IMG/VR virus record: IMGVR_UViG_3300024346_000007
Strand: one strand, 5' to 3'
Origin: a virus
Length of the DNA: 64,000 bases
Position numbers and translations under genes: made by a program. The notes below the pieces were generated by a model. It had not been told where the DNA came from. It made no database searches and was given only the letters and a program-made list of their open reading frames with translations. Shown here piece after piece: positions 1 through 9,120 of this stretch (positions within the stretch are counted from its first letter, which is position 1; every line of letters begins with the position of its first letter).

Positions 1-1314
1 TAATAGGCTTTTAGATATCTTTTGAGTTTGTTCTAAAGACATTCCAAGTTTATTAGCTTCTACTACTGCTTTAGCTATTAGTTCTGGATTGTTTTTATAG
101 GCTGTTGATATCTCTGCGTTTAGTTTTGATATCTCTGCAAACACTTTCTTGTATGATATTACAGTAGTGTTTTGCTTCATAGCCGTATTAAGTATCTTTT
201 CTGCAGACTGTCCTGATATCAAAGATAGCTTCTGTATGCCAGCAGCTTCTTCTTTGGACATCTTCAGCTGCTTTGTTAACAAGATTTCATTTTGAATCCT
301 TTCATTGGTGAACAGTGCGTTTGTTCCCAATGTTTCTTGTAACTCAAGCATTGCATTAGCTTGATTCTTTACTGATAGGTACGCCGAGCTTAAAGATCCT
401 ACTAATTTATTTCCTTCGTAAGAAGTTTCTCTAAAGGCATCCAGCATTCCTACAGCAGAGGTCTTAGATAAAGCTGTATTATTAGCTATATCTGTAACTA
501 TCTTATCATAATCAAATGCTAGTTTTACTAAAGCTTTAAATGCTGTTACTAATGCTACTACTCCAAGGGCAGCTAAGAATAGTGGATTTGTTATTATTGT
601 TTTTAATTGAGTTCCTAAATTAGTCATACCAGCCCCGAATCCTTTTTGGAATTCTTTGGACAGCACTTTAAAGTCCATGAAGTCTTTTAAGAATGGTATT
701 CCAGACATAGACCCAAATATCTTAGATAATGCAGTAGCTTTTATACTACTTTCTTGTACTTTTTTATTAAATGTATCTACTTTACCTGCCGCTCCTGTTA
801 ATATATTGTTTATTGTATTTCTTGCTTCTACCTGCTGCATTAAAACTGCTAGCTCCTTTTCTTCGTTAGTTACTGTAGCTCTAATAGCAGCGCTACTGCT
901 TTCCATATCTTTTAAAATGCTTTTATAATATTCTTCTTGAGTACCTAATAAACTTAAAGCTTGAGTTTGACTTCCTAGTTGATTTGTATAGGACTGCAAT
1001 ATATTATCATATATAATACTTGCGCTATTTTGAGTACTTAAGTTTTTAGTATTATTTTCTAATATTCTTTCCGTAATTTTATCCGCACTCAAATATTCTC
1101 TACCTAATTTAGATACTACATCTAAAGCATCAGTTAAAGAATTTCTTACATCTGTAGTATTGTTATATGCTGATCTTAAGTTGCTATTTACTTTTTTAAA
1201 CTCTTTATCAAGTTCTCTGCTTATGTCAGTAGTTATTAGCAACTCTCTATTTACAGCACTTATATTATTTGCTGCATCTTCTCTAAACTGTTCAAACGGA
1301 TCTTGAGGGGCCAT
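1..1314 (-). CDS. Tape measure protein, 5' part (runs off the window edge; missing from the ORF track)
   Basis: ATG at 1314 opens a frame with no stop through position 1 (MAPQDPFEQFREDAANN...IAKAVVEANKLGMSLEQTQKISKSLL). Helical, Ala/Leu/Lys-rich, with a hydrophobic stretch (LFLAALGVVALVTAF). Directly follows the tail chaperone genes and has the late motif at 1329-1336. Confidence 0.8.
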   Translation of the reverse strand, partial: MAPQDPFEQFREDAANNISAVNRELLITTDISRELDKEFKKVNSNLRSAYNNTTDVRNSLTDALDVVSKLGREYLSADKITERILENNTKNLSTQNSASIIYDNILQSYTNQLGSQTQALSLLGTQEEYYKSILKDMESSSAAIRATVTNEEKELAVLMQQVEARNTINNILTGAAGKVDTFNKKVQESSIKATALSKIFGSMSGIPFLKDFMDFKVLSKEFQKGFGAGMTNLGTQLKTIITNPLFLAALGVVALVTAFKALVKLAFDYDKIVTDIANNTALSKTSAVGMLDAFRETSYEGNKLVGSLSSAYLSVKNQANAMLELQETLGTNALFTNERIQNEILLTKQLKMSKEEAAGIQKLSLISGQSAEKILNTAMKQNTTVISYKKVFAEISKLNAEISTAYKNNPELIAKAVVEANKLGMSLEQTQKISKSLL

Positions 1315-1345
1315 CTATACGCTTTATATATAAATATGAAAGCCG

Positions 1346-1627
1346 CTATTTTTTAGCGGCTCTCGGAGACTTATAGTCCGGGGTTTGTTCTTTTCTCTTG
1401 GCTAAATCTTCCATACTCATGGTAGTTCCCTTACTATTAGCCTTTTCCATCTCATCATTATGCTTTTTAATAATGTCAGACAGCTTCTTTATGTTAATTA
1501 ATCTATATGCTATAGGCATATGATATGCCATTGCATAGTTTATAGCACCTTGGCTATTCATAGATAGCCACAATAGTTCGTCAAATAGTTGATTCCTATA
1601 CGCCGAGTTCAGGCCAAAAAAAGTCAA
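1346..1627 (-). CDS. Tail assembly chaperone C-terminal extension (gpT/T4 gp51-like), probably reached by frameshift
   Basis: The overlap region has only a TTG start. It overlaps the upstream gene at a U7 run and sits just before the tape measure gene. Contains an AYHMPIAYR motif. Confidence 0.65.
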   Translation of the reverse strand: MTFFGLNSAYRNQLFDELLWLSMNSQGAINYAMAYHMPIAYRLINIKKLSDIIKKHNDEMEKANSKGTTMSMEDLAKRKEQTPDYKSPRAAKK

Positions 1628-2360
1628 CCGTCATCGGTATGCTTAGGCCCTCCACTACCTCTCCATTCTTCCTAGTGAAATCAAACTTCATTATGATGTC
1701 TGGTGTGGAAGTTACCATATGCTTTCTTAGATCTTGTGAGTCTCTCATAGGCATTGCCTTGATGAAGTCTCTTACTACTTTCTTATCTCTATCTCCATTA
1801 ATAGCCACGATAGAATGTGCTAAACGTACAGTAATCTCAGCAGACATGTTCTTGTTTATCTTCTGCAACCCTTTGATCTCGGCTTCAATAGCTGATTCAT
1901 CTTTATGGGTGAGGATCTTATAAGTGACTAGCTGCTTTGACATAGGCAGTTGATAATCAAACTCATTCTGTCCTTTCTTTATAGAATCCCAATCAAGTTC
2001 TTTCTCTTTCAACTCAGAAAGATCAACAGTTACCTCTTCTGATTGATTTGAAGTAGGGTCTGTGTACTTGAATGCATACTTGCTGCCATATGCGAGGATC
2101 CTAGCTCCTATCATGATGGCATTCTTATCTCCGACTAGGAGTTCATTATAGTCGATCTTTGAGGCTATAATAGCCTGTAGGAACTTATCTATAACCGTAC
2201 CCTGTTGAATGAAGTTCCTATTGGTTAGGATGTCTTCATGCATTGCTGTCGGGAGGTAGAGATCAATTTGTCCTGAACTGAGTGGGCTTGATTCTGGATA
2301 GAGTAGACCTTTAGATGGAAGGTCTAGAGGCTGTGTTGGAACATTTAGTAATTCTGACAT
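1596..2360 (-). CDS. Tail/baseplate hub assembly chaperone (T4 gp26-like)
   Basis: Motifs LPSKGLLYP, EDILTN, LLVGDKNAIMIGARILAYG and a C-terminal DFFWP. The real start is probably ATG 2360 (MSELLN), just after the late motif at 2379-2386. Confidence 0.7.
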   Translation of the reverse strand: MSELLNVPTQPLDLPSKGLLYPESSPLSSGQIDLYLPTAMHEDILTNRNFIQQGTVIDKFLQAIIASKIDYNELLVGDKNAIMIGARILAYGSKYAFKYTDPTSNQSEEVTVDLSELKEKELDWDSIKKGQNEFDYQLPMSKQLVTYKILTHKDESAIEAEIKGLQKINKNMSAEITVRLAHSIVAINGDRDKKVVRDFIKAMPMRDSQDLRKHMVTSTPDIIMKFDFTRKNGEVVEGLSIPMTVDFFWPELGV

Positions 2361-2406
2361 AAAACTATATTTTGTATATATAAATATATTGATTTGGGTT
2401 TTTATG

Positions 2407-2445
2407 AAAAGAAAAACCACACCCGGTCTAAGAGATGTGGCTTTC
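2407..2445 (-). terminator. Probable intrinsic terminator
   Basis: Minus strand GCCACATCTC-TTAGACC-GGGTGTGGT followed by TTTTCTTTT, downstream of the stop at 2476. Confidence 0.55.
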
Positions 2446-2475
2446 TATGTGAGGCGCCCTGAGGTAGCAGGAAGT

Positions 2476-3237
2476 TTACTTGACCAGTTTTGTTATATCT
2501 GTGCCATCTATATCTTTAACACCGTGTTTTAAAACTAAAGTTTTATATATGCCGGGAATTGCTTTTTTATAATCTGTATCGGCGCCTCCAAAGATAGGAT
2601 AATATTCCTGTGTAGTAAATTGTCCTGGGTTACCATCCATTTTTGATCTGTTTACCATCATAAATGGCTCTCTAGTCTTTAATAAGAAGTTTTGCATGGC
2701 TTTTAATTCAAGAGGGGATAATCCAAGATCAGAAGCATCGTCTCCCCTTCTTATAACTTGCATTTCATATTGAATGCTTTTTATTAAAGCATCTTGGCTA
2801 CTAAAATCATTCAGGCTACTATTTGGATTGGCTTTTAAATAGGCATCTAACTTTTGTCTACCTAAAGTAGGAACTCCTTTATCTAATTCAGGGCTGCCAG
2901 CTTCTTTACCTAAGGATTTTAAATACTCATTCCAATCCTTTTTTTGCTGAACAGTAAGGGGTACATATCCAGAAGGTTTTGGAATATTTGCATCTATCTT
3001 TATATCTTCTGTACCCGAAGTATATGATTTTATAACAGAAACTAGTTCTGCTGTGTTGTCTGCAGCTTTAATATCTTGTGCTAGTGCCTTCGCTTTATCA
3101 GCTGAGATATTAGTTGGGATAGATTTCGCTAGGCTGCTAGCGGTTTGTTGTGCTTTTGCAGGTGCCATAGAAGCTAAAGTAATTAAAGCAGTAGCTATAA
3201 TCTCTTTAAATCCCTCGTCTAACTGTTCAGTATCTAC
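2476..3237 (-). CDS. Hypothetical protein, probable -1 frameshift extension of the 3234-3899 gene
   Basis: The frame is open upstream of ATG 3168 through VDTEQLDEGFKEIIATALITLASMAPAKAQQ to the A9G run. There is no ATG/GTG/TTG in that extension. Confidence 0.65.
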   Translation of the reverse strand, partial: VDTEQLDEGFKEIIATALITLASMAPAKAQQTASSLAKSIPTNISADKAKALAQDIKAADNTAELVSVIKSYTSGTEDIKIDANIPKPSGYVPLTVQQKKDWNEYLKSLGKEAGSPELDKGVPTLGRQKLDAYLKANPNSSLNDFSSQDALIKSIQYEMQVIRRGDDASDLGLSPLELKAMQNFLLKTREPFMMVNRSKMDGNPGQFTTQEYYPIFGGADTDYKKAIPGIYKTLVLKHGVKDIDGTDITKLVK

Positions 3238-3899
3238 TTTTTTTTTACCCAGCCTTCTTTCAAAGAATGCTTTAGCATTACTCTTGCAAGTTTTTCCTCG
3301 TCAAGTTCTTTTTCTTTGCTTTGCATTTGCTGTTTCATAGCAATTACCTTTTCAATAGGCATCTTCTTCATCATCTTACCTACAGCATCTTTATCCTTTA
3401 CTATCTTTCCAAGATGCTTCTCAATAGCTTTTAGATGGCCTTGTGCGTCTTTCTCTTTAGCAGCTTGGTCTTTCTCTTCTAACATGGTTTCATGTCCTGT
3501 AAGGGCTTCTAATGCAGCCTTAGCAGATTCCATTTGCTTCATTGCCTTAGCAGCAAGCTTTTGTTTCTTAGGATCTTTAGATCCTTCTGACATTGCTTTT
3601 AATTTCTCTACGATTTCTGCTACTTGTCCGGCTATTTCTGTACCGGTTGGTTGTTGTTCCATATCTGGTTGTACCATTTCTTCTTCGTTTTCTTTTTCTT
3701 TAAGTGTCGACACTTCTTCTGGCTTTATTATTTGTATTGCTTTCTTATTTTTTAACTCTTGTCTAGCCTGTTCTTTATCTTTAATGTCTGTAATACCTGA
3801 GTATTCTCCTGTACTAGAAACATATATTGTTTTCTTTTCGTTTAACTCTTCGTTAATTATCTTCTTAATAAGTGCGTCAAGCTTTTGAGTTTGCTTCAT
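3234..3899 (-). CDS. Putative internal head/core protein (Lys/Glu-rich, multiple [LI]xE sites)
   Basis: N-terminus LIKKIINEELNE; charged coiled coil; late motif upstream; ends GTA AAA AAA AAG TAG. Confidence 0.6.
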   Translation of the reverse strand: MKQTQKLDALIKKIINEELNEKKTIYVSSTGEYSGITDIKDKEQARQELKNKKAIQIIKPEEVSTLKEKENEEEMVQPDMEQQPTGTEIAGQVAEIVEKLKAMSEGSKDPKKQKLAAKAMKQMESAKAALEALTGHETMLEEKDQAAKEKDAQGHLKAIEKHLGKIVKDKDAVGKMMKKMPIEKVIAMKQQMQSKEKELDEEKLARVMLKHSLKEGWVKKK

Positions 3900-3952
3900 T
3901 TTTATTACAATTTGTGTATATAAATATCAAAAATACGGTATAAATATATAAA

Positions 3953-4546
3953 TTAAAAACCTTCTTCTATAAATATCTTCTCTAACCTCTTAGGTAACTT
4001 GGTATAATTCATATTAAACTTGTCTGGCATAGCTGCTATAATCTTTTTATTGCTGTATGGACTGTTTTTAGGAGTACACCAACGCCTAGAAATAAGCATA
4101 TAGTTATAAAACATGACATAACTGTTGGCTTTTTTTCTATAACTTAGGATATCTACTGGTAGGTCAAACTTTTTTATGATATCTACGCTTCTTTTTTCAT
4201 TATCCAGTTCTAAGTCTCTACAGTTTGCTATATGTTCTTCTATATCTGGTACTTCTTTACCTCCTAACCAAGCATCTAACTCAGGCATACTATAATTTAC
4301 AGACTTCCATAGGGGTATATTATCTACCCATTGGGTCAAATGTCCGTATTCATGCGCTAATATCTCTACAGCATCCTTACGTTTCATGGAACATACCAGA
4401 GTTGGCACTGATTCGTCAAAATACCCTGAAGCTTTTATAGAATCTGATATCTTTACGTACGTGGTGTTCCTCAAATCACACTTAACATGATAATGTTCAC
4501 ACTCAGATTTAACGTGTGCTATAAATCTAGATGTGTTTATATTCAT
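3953..4546 (-). CDS. Zincin-like HExxH metallopeptidase-domain protein
   Basis: ILAHEYGHLTQW followed by a downstream ELDNE. Confidence 0.6.
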   Translation of the reverse strand: MNINTSRFIAHVKSECEHYHVKCDLRNTTYVKISDSIKASGYFDESVPTLVCSMKRKDAVEILAHEYGHLTQWVDNIPLWKSVNYSMPELDAWLGGKEVPDIEEHIANCRDLELDNEKRSVDIIKKFDLPVDILSYRKKANSYVMFYNYMLISRRWCTPKNSPYSNKKIIAAMPDKFNMNYTKLPKRLEKIFIEEGF

Positions 4547-4555
4547 GTTATATAA

Positions 4556-4592
4556 TTAAAAAACCCGCCATGTATAAATATGACGGGCTTTT
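4556..4592 (-). terminator. Intrinsic terminator after the tail tube gene, with the late motif in its loop
   Basis: GCCCGTCAT-ATTTATAC-ATGGCGGGT followed by TTTTT. Confidence 0.75.
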
Positions 4593-4610
4593 CTTTATTG
4601 ATTTTGAGTA

Positions 4611-5099
4611 CTAGAAGTTCAGGATCATTCCTGAGTTTCCAAGTGTCATTTCGATAGTTGTATAAGCGTCAGCTGACCAATCCCAGTCTCCAAAAGAACT
4701 TACATTCTTAATGAAGGCCTTCTTAATCACCCACTCATTAACTACGTTACCAACAGGATCTACTGCGTTGAAAGTAATATCCTTCCAGTAGAAATCTCCA
4801 TATCCAGCCCTACCAGTTACGGTTTCGTATCCTAAACGAGCCCATTCCATTACGGCTTGTGCACCTGAAGGGGTTACTGGGTTATAAAGACTAAGGGTAA
4901 CGTCATTCCACCTACGTTTAGCGCGGAATTTTACATAAGAGTTAATATGATCTATGATCACCTCACCGTCATCGTATCCTATACCGCCTACTTTTTTGAT
5001 CAAGTATGAAGGGATACCATCGATATACATGATAAACCTGTGTTGCAGCATGGGCTCGAACAAGGTACCCAACATCTCATCTGTACTAAGTAATGCCAT
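4611..5099 (-). CDS. Tail tube protein (T4 gp19-like)
   Basis: 162 aa directly after the sheath gene. FEPMLQHRFIMYIDGIP, WNDVTLSLYNP, AQAVMEWARL, DPVGNVVNEW are typical tube-protein features. Confidence 0.85.
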   Translation of the reverse strand: MALLSTDEMLGTLFEPMLQHRFIMYIDGIPSYLIKKVGGIGYDDGEVIIDHINSYVKFRAKRRWNDVTLSLYNPVTPSGAQAVMEWARLGYETVTGRAGYGDFYWKDITFNAVDPVGNVVNEWVIKKAFIKNVSSFGDWDWSADAYTTIEMTLGNSGMILNF

Positions 5100-5132
5100 T
5101 TTATGTTATTTTATTCTATTATAAATATTTGA

Positions 5133-7379
5133 TTATTCAAAACTTACTCCAGTACCTGTGATGTTGAATTCCAACAAGATGAATTCGATAGACTTAACAG
5201 GAGACACGTAGATTTTACCTACAAGCTGGTTACGATCAATTACATCGTTAGTATTAAGTGAATCACTTAGATCAATCCTGAAGGCATACAGACCTTGACG
5301 AGACTGTACGTTCTCCATGTATGGAGTGATAGCAGAGATCAACTTGTTTCTAGTAGCTGCAGTGTTGTTCTCGAACACGTAGTTAAGAGCTACACCACTG
5401 ATGTATTCACGAAGATTGATTAACAACCTACGTACATTGATGCGGTTAAGAGCTGTGTCTCTAACTTGTAGAGTTTTCTGACCCCAGATTACTACTCCAG
5501 TGTTCTGGAATTTAGCGATCGGGTTAACTCTACCGTTGTAAAGAGCATCTCTATCAGCCTTTGTTAGACGGATACGAGTGTCAATTGCATTACCAAGACC
5601 ACCACGATTCAAACCTGCAGGTGCAAACCATTCAGCAGCTACCTTATCATTGTAAGCGTAGGCTTGTGGAACTACAACTGTTGGTGGAACGTATATGTCT
5701 TTAGAAGTTCCTATGCTACGAACCTTAACCCAAGGGAAGTAAGCAGCGCTATAGCTAGAATCAAGACCAGCTGCAGTAGTTATTGCTGTTACTACAGAAG
5801 CATTAAGACTAGTTAGATCACGAAGATATACACAATCTGTGCGCTCTTCTGCTGTGCTTTGAGCTACTGCTGTTACTGATGAGTGATACTCTTCAAGTAC
5901 ACCAGGTACCGCTATAAGATCGAAATTGTAAAGTTCTTTGTTAGCTATGATGTTCAAAGCTTTGATGTAAGCAACAGATCCAGGAGATGTGCTGTTAGTC
6001 AAATCATATCCGAACAAGTTACCTTGAGTTATGTCAGCTCCTGATTTCTTAATTACTGTGTAGTTTACACCATCTGTACCACCTTGGAAAGGAAGAACAA
6101 ACTTGTTATCGCCTGCTGGCTTAGTAAACGCCACGTTAAGACCAGCACCAGCGTTAGTTGGTATTGGGTTTAAGTAGTTATAGTTATCAGAGTTTGCATA
6201 GTTAAATCCTGAGAAGGTTGCACTAGATGCTGTACTTTGAACCATTGCAGCTGCTGGTAAGTTTCTTCCAGTAAAGCCGGCTATAGTTTCGTACAAAGCA
6301 GCGTGTCCGTTTGGATACAACTGAGGATGTATTGATTTTCCAGATACTCCACCAGCTACCTCTACACGAATGTAGTTAGATACGTTAGCGAAATCTCCAA
6401 ATTCTAATACATTTAAAGACAATTCATTAAACTGCTGGTACTTATCACCAATCATCTTAGAGATGTAGTTAGCAGCATCTGGGTTTAATGAAAGATTGTT
6501 GTACTGTTCGATGATAGAAGGCACTCTATCTGAGTCATTCCATGCACGAACTATGATGCTAAAGCTAGAGTAATCTTTTGAAGTAGCTCCTGCTGTTATA
6601 TTAGTTACGCATACTTTAACGTCTTTGTTGGTTTTGAAGCCATCAGACCTGTGGTGGAACCTAAATAAAGGAACACCGCTGTCAGAATATACCCATGGAG
6701 TTATTGCATGGTCGTAGCCGCTTGAGTTAGAACTAGAGAACTCACATTTACCTGCAAGGTATTCTAGTTTTCCACCAATGTCATCTGCAGAAGCTAATGC
6801 GCCACTTCCAGTAATAAAGTTACTGAAAAGTAAATAAGGGAATACTGAACTAGTTGCATAGTTCTCATCTGATCCTAACACCTTTGAAATAAAGATAGCA
6901 GATGTTGGATTAAGTGATGCACTAAAAGAAGCAGTTCCTAATACACCGCTGCCAGTACTTGCATGCATTTTAGCACCAAAAGCACTAAAAGTTCCTGTGA
7001 TAGATCCAGATATACCTACTGTAGGTGTATCATTTTTTGTAGGATACAATACTGAAAGGATGTATGATCCACTTGTGATGGCCACCAAAGTCCTAGAAGA
7101 ATTGTATACAAATCCACCATTACCAAGTACACGAGTTACTTTAACGGTGTTTCCTGCTTGCAAATAGTTGTAAGCAGTTTGTGGTAGATATGATACATTA
7201 GGATCTGACCCAAATAAAGCTGTGTACTGGCTGTAGCTAGACACATCAGTAGGAACGAATGCAGCACCTTTTTCAGTAGGTCCTACAAGGGCTAAACCCG
7301 TCTCATTCGTGCCTTGAGTATAATAACTCTGGTCATTTTCGTAGGAGTAAACTCCAGCAGAAAGAATTTGTTCTGTCAT
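5133..7379 (-). CDS. Contractile tail sheath protein (T4 gp18-like)
   Basis: N-terminal SAGVYSYENDQS...LVGPTEKG. C-terminal WFAPAGLNRG, RVNPIAKF, IWGQKTLQ, ALNRINVRRLL, PVKSIEFILLEF. Confidence 0.95.
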   Translation of the reverse strand: MTEQILSAGVYSYENDQSYYTQGTNETGLALVGPTEKGAAFVPTDVSSYSQYTALFGSDPNVSYLPQTAYNYLQAGNTVKVTRVLGNGGFVYNSSRTLVAITSGSYILSVLYPTKNDTPTVGISGSITGTFSAFGAKMHASTGSGVLGTASFSASLNPTSAIFISKVLGSDENYATSSVFPYLLFSNFITGSGALASADDIGGKLEYLAGKCEFSSSNSSGYDHAITPWVYSDSGVPLFRFHHRSDGFKTNKDVKVCVTNITAGATSKDYSSFSIIVRAWNDSDRVPSIIEQYNNLSLNPDAANYISKMIGDKYQQFNELSLNVLEFGDFANVSNYIRVEVAGGVSGKSIHPQLYPNGHAALYETIAGFTGRNLPAAAMVQSTASSATFSGFNYANSDNYNYLNPIPTNAGAGLNVAFTKPAGDNKFVLPFQGGTDGVNYTVIKKSGADITQGNLFGYDLTNSTSPGSVAYIKALNIIANKELYNFDLIAVPGVLEEYHSSVTAVAQSTAEERTDCVYLRDLTSLNASVVTAITTAAGLDSSYSAAYFPWVKVRSIGTSKDIYVPPTVVVPQAYAYNDKVAAEWFAPAGLNRGGLGNAIDTRIRLTKADRDALYNGRVNPIAKFQNTGVVIWGQKTLQVRDTALNRINVRRLLINLREYISGVALNYVFENNTAATRNKLISAITPYMENVQSRQGLYAFRIDLSDSLNTNDVIDRNQLVGKIYVSPVKSIEFILLEFNITGTGVSFE

Positions 7380-7459
7380 TTTCTATAAAATTTGAAAAAT
7401 ATTATTGTTGATACGTTAATAAATATCACTATTTTTCAGCAAAAATGACGAAACCTATT

Positions 7460-7729
7460 TTATAATAACTCTATTTTTCCCGATTCTATGTCTATTTGAC
7501 CTTCTCCGTACTTTTCTAGTAGTTGGCTGGTTATTTCTGTCTCCTGCATTCTCAAAGTATTGTAATCTGAAAGCAGTCCTTCCTTGTCTTTAAGTAGTTC
7601 TACTTCTTTCTGTTTTAGTAGATTTAACTTGATTTCTATGTCCCCAATGGAGTTTAGGGTACTTCCAAATTTTTTATTAAGATCTTTCAGACTATTAATT
7701 TCTTGCGCCGTAAGCGTTTTTTCTGCCAT
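7460..7729 (-). CDS. Small coiled-coil hypothetical protein
   Basis: 89 aa in the co-oriented operon; ends KYGEGQIDIESG. Confidence 0.65.
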   Translation of the reverse strand: MAEKTLTAQEINSLKDLNKKFGSTLNSIGDIEIKLNLLKQKEVELLKDKEGLLSDYNTLRMQETEITSQLLEKYGEGQIDIESGKIELL

Positions 7730-7739
7730 AACTTTAATT

Positions 7740-7973
7740 TTATATTTCCCATTTACCTAAAGGACAAGCCTCACTACCTGGTAAAGGGGAAAAGATTTTC
7801 TTTTTAAGGGGACATCCACATTTACCACAGTAGTGGTAAGCTAATATTTCACTAAGTTTATTTTCCTCACATCCATTACAAATGGAGATTCTATTCTCAG
7901 CTTTTTTTTTATCTTCTTCGTTTGGATTCGCAGCGATAATCCAAGCTGAAGCTATTTCTAGTAATTTATTCAC
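7740..7973 (-). CDS. Small Cys-rich (metal-binding) protein
   Basis: CNGC...CGKCGC...CPLGKW. Confidence 0.65.
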   Translation of the reverse strand: MNKLLEIASAWIIAANPNEEDKKKAENRISICNGCEENKLSEILAYHYCGKCGCPLKKKIFSPLPGSEACPLGKWEI

Positions 7974-8433
7974 CTTCTGGTTTAGATATTAGTTTAAAAA
8001 ATACTTTAGGTATGTCTTTAGTTAATACACCTTCCAATTCTGGTAGACTGAACTCTCTGTATTCTACGTCTACGGTTTCCTCTAATAGATTTTGATACTC
8101 TTTTTGGAAATTATCGTATACAGGGTTTATTTCAGCGGATACTAGCTTTCCTTCCTCATCCAATACCTGATTAATATACATCGGTATAGAAATCCCGCCA
8201 TTATCATCAGCAGTGCCATGAGTCTTTATTAACTCTTCTCTGAACTTCCCAATCTTTTCTTTTTCTTTTGTTACTTTATCGGCTAGATCGCTTATCCAAT
8301 ACTTCAAAGTGAGCTTAAGTTCCTTGCTTAGTATACCTTCAGCTAATAATTTACCTGTTTGAGGATCAGTATATCCATTTAGCTCTACGTCTAAAGCTAA
8401 GATCTCATAGATCTTTAACGTAACTTTTTTCAT
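7966..8433 (-). CDS. Hypothetical protein (possible fibre assembly chaperone)
   Basis: 155 aa ORF overlapping the next gene; function inferred only from context. Confidence 0.55.
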   Translation of the reverse strand: MKKVTLKIYEILALDVELNGYTDPQTGKLLAEGILSKELKLTLKYWISDLADKVTKEKEKIGKFREELIKTHGTADDNGGISIPMYINQVLDEEGKLVSAEINPVYDNFQKEYQNLLEETVDVEYREFSLPELEGVLTKDIPKVFFKLISKPEGE

Positions 8434-8436
8434 ATA

Positions 8437-8700
8437 TTATTTAATGTTTTTAGAAGAACTCCTATTAGCTGAGGTCTTAGCTGTTGGTTTAGCTGGTTCT
8501 TTAGCTTTTGCCTTTTTAGCAACCTTTTTTACCTTAGGCTCCACTACTTCTACAGGAGCGGCGGGGTTTTCTAGATCTGAGTTGAAGTTTGGATTAACTA
8601 AAGGTTCTGGTACTTCCTCTACTGCTTTCTTAGAACTGTTAGAAATAATAGCCATTGCTACGATTAAGGCGGCGACTAATACGATAATTACTAAATTCAT
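8437..8700 (-). CDS. Small membrane-anchored protein with Lys/Ala-rich tail
   Basis: N-terminal hydrophobic helix MNLVIIVLVAALIVAMAII and a basic C-terminus. Confidence 0.6.
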   Translation of the reverse strand: MNLVIIVLVAALIVAMAIISNSSKKAVEEVPEPLVNPNFNSDLENPAAPVEVVEPKVKKVAKKAKAKEPAKPTAKTSANRSSSKNIK

Positions 8701-8767
8701 AAATAATTTTTTTGTTCTATAATAAATATATACAAATATACAATTTTATATTAATAATATATATTTT

Positions 8768-9097
8768 TTATGGGGTTATTAAAGTCAGGTTTAGTAAACC
8801 AGTTACAACTATAAAAGCTGCGTCATTTATATCACTACCCATATTTCCCCAATTTTCATAGTCGGTACCGGCTACCTCTAAGGTATCTTTCAATAATATC
8901 TCTGTAATTGTATTGGTCACTGTTGCAGTTTGTTCATCAGGCAGTGATACCTCTTCTTGAACCTCTGTAACAGATATTAAATAATACTTGAATATGGCCT
9001 TATCCCTTAAGTTATCATACGATATATTCATATCAAAATAGTTAGCAATCCTATTCTGTCCTTTTACGGGGAATGTATACGGTTGTATTTGTCTCAT
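8768..9097 (-). CDS. Hypothetical protein (acidic, likely virion-associated)
   Basis: 109 aa ORF with the late motif at 9112-9119. Confidence 0.55.
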   Translation of the reverse strand: MRQIQPYTFPVKGQNRIANYFDMNISYDNLRDKAIFKYYLISVTEVQEEVSLPDEQTATVTNTITEILLKDTLEVAGTDYENWGNMGSDINDAAFIVVTGLLNLTLITP

Positions 9098-9120
9098 GTT
9101 TTGTCTTTATATATAAATAC

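Noticed and set aside
2361-2420. ORF-track N-terminal extensions (also 24812-24844 and 33138-33182)
   Set aside because: They run through terminator/promoter sequence or the upstream gene; downstream ATGs fit better.
7901-7911. A9 run in the Cys-rich gene
   Set aside because: Phase is AAA AAA AAA GCT (a Lys run in an intact ORF), not A_AAA_AAG; no evidence of a useful alternative product.
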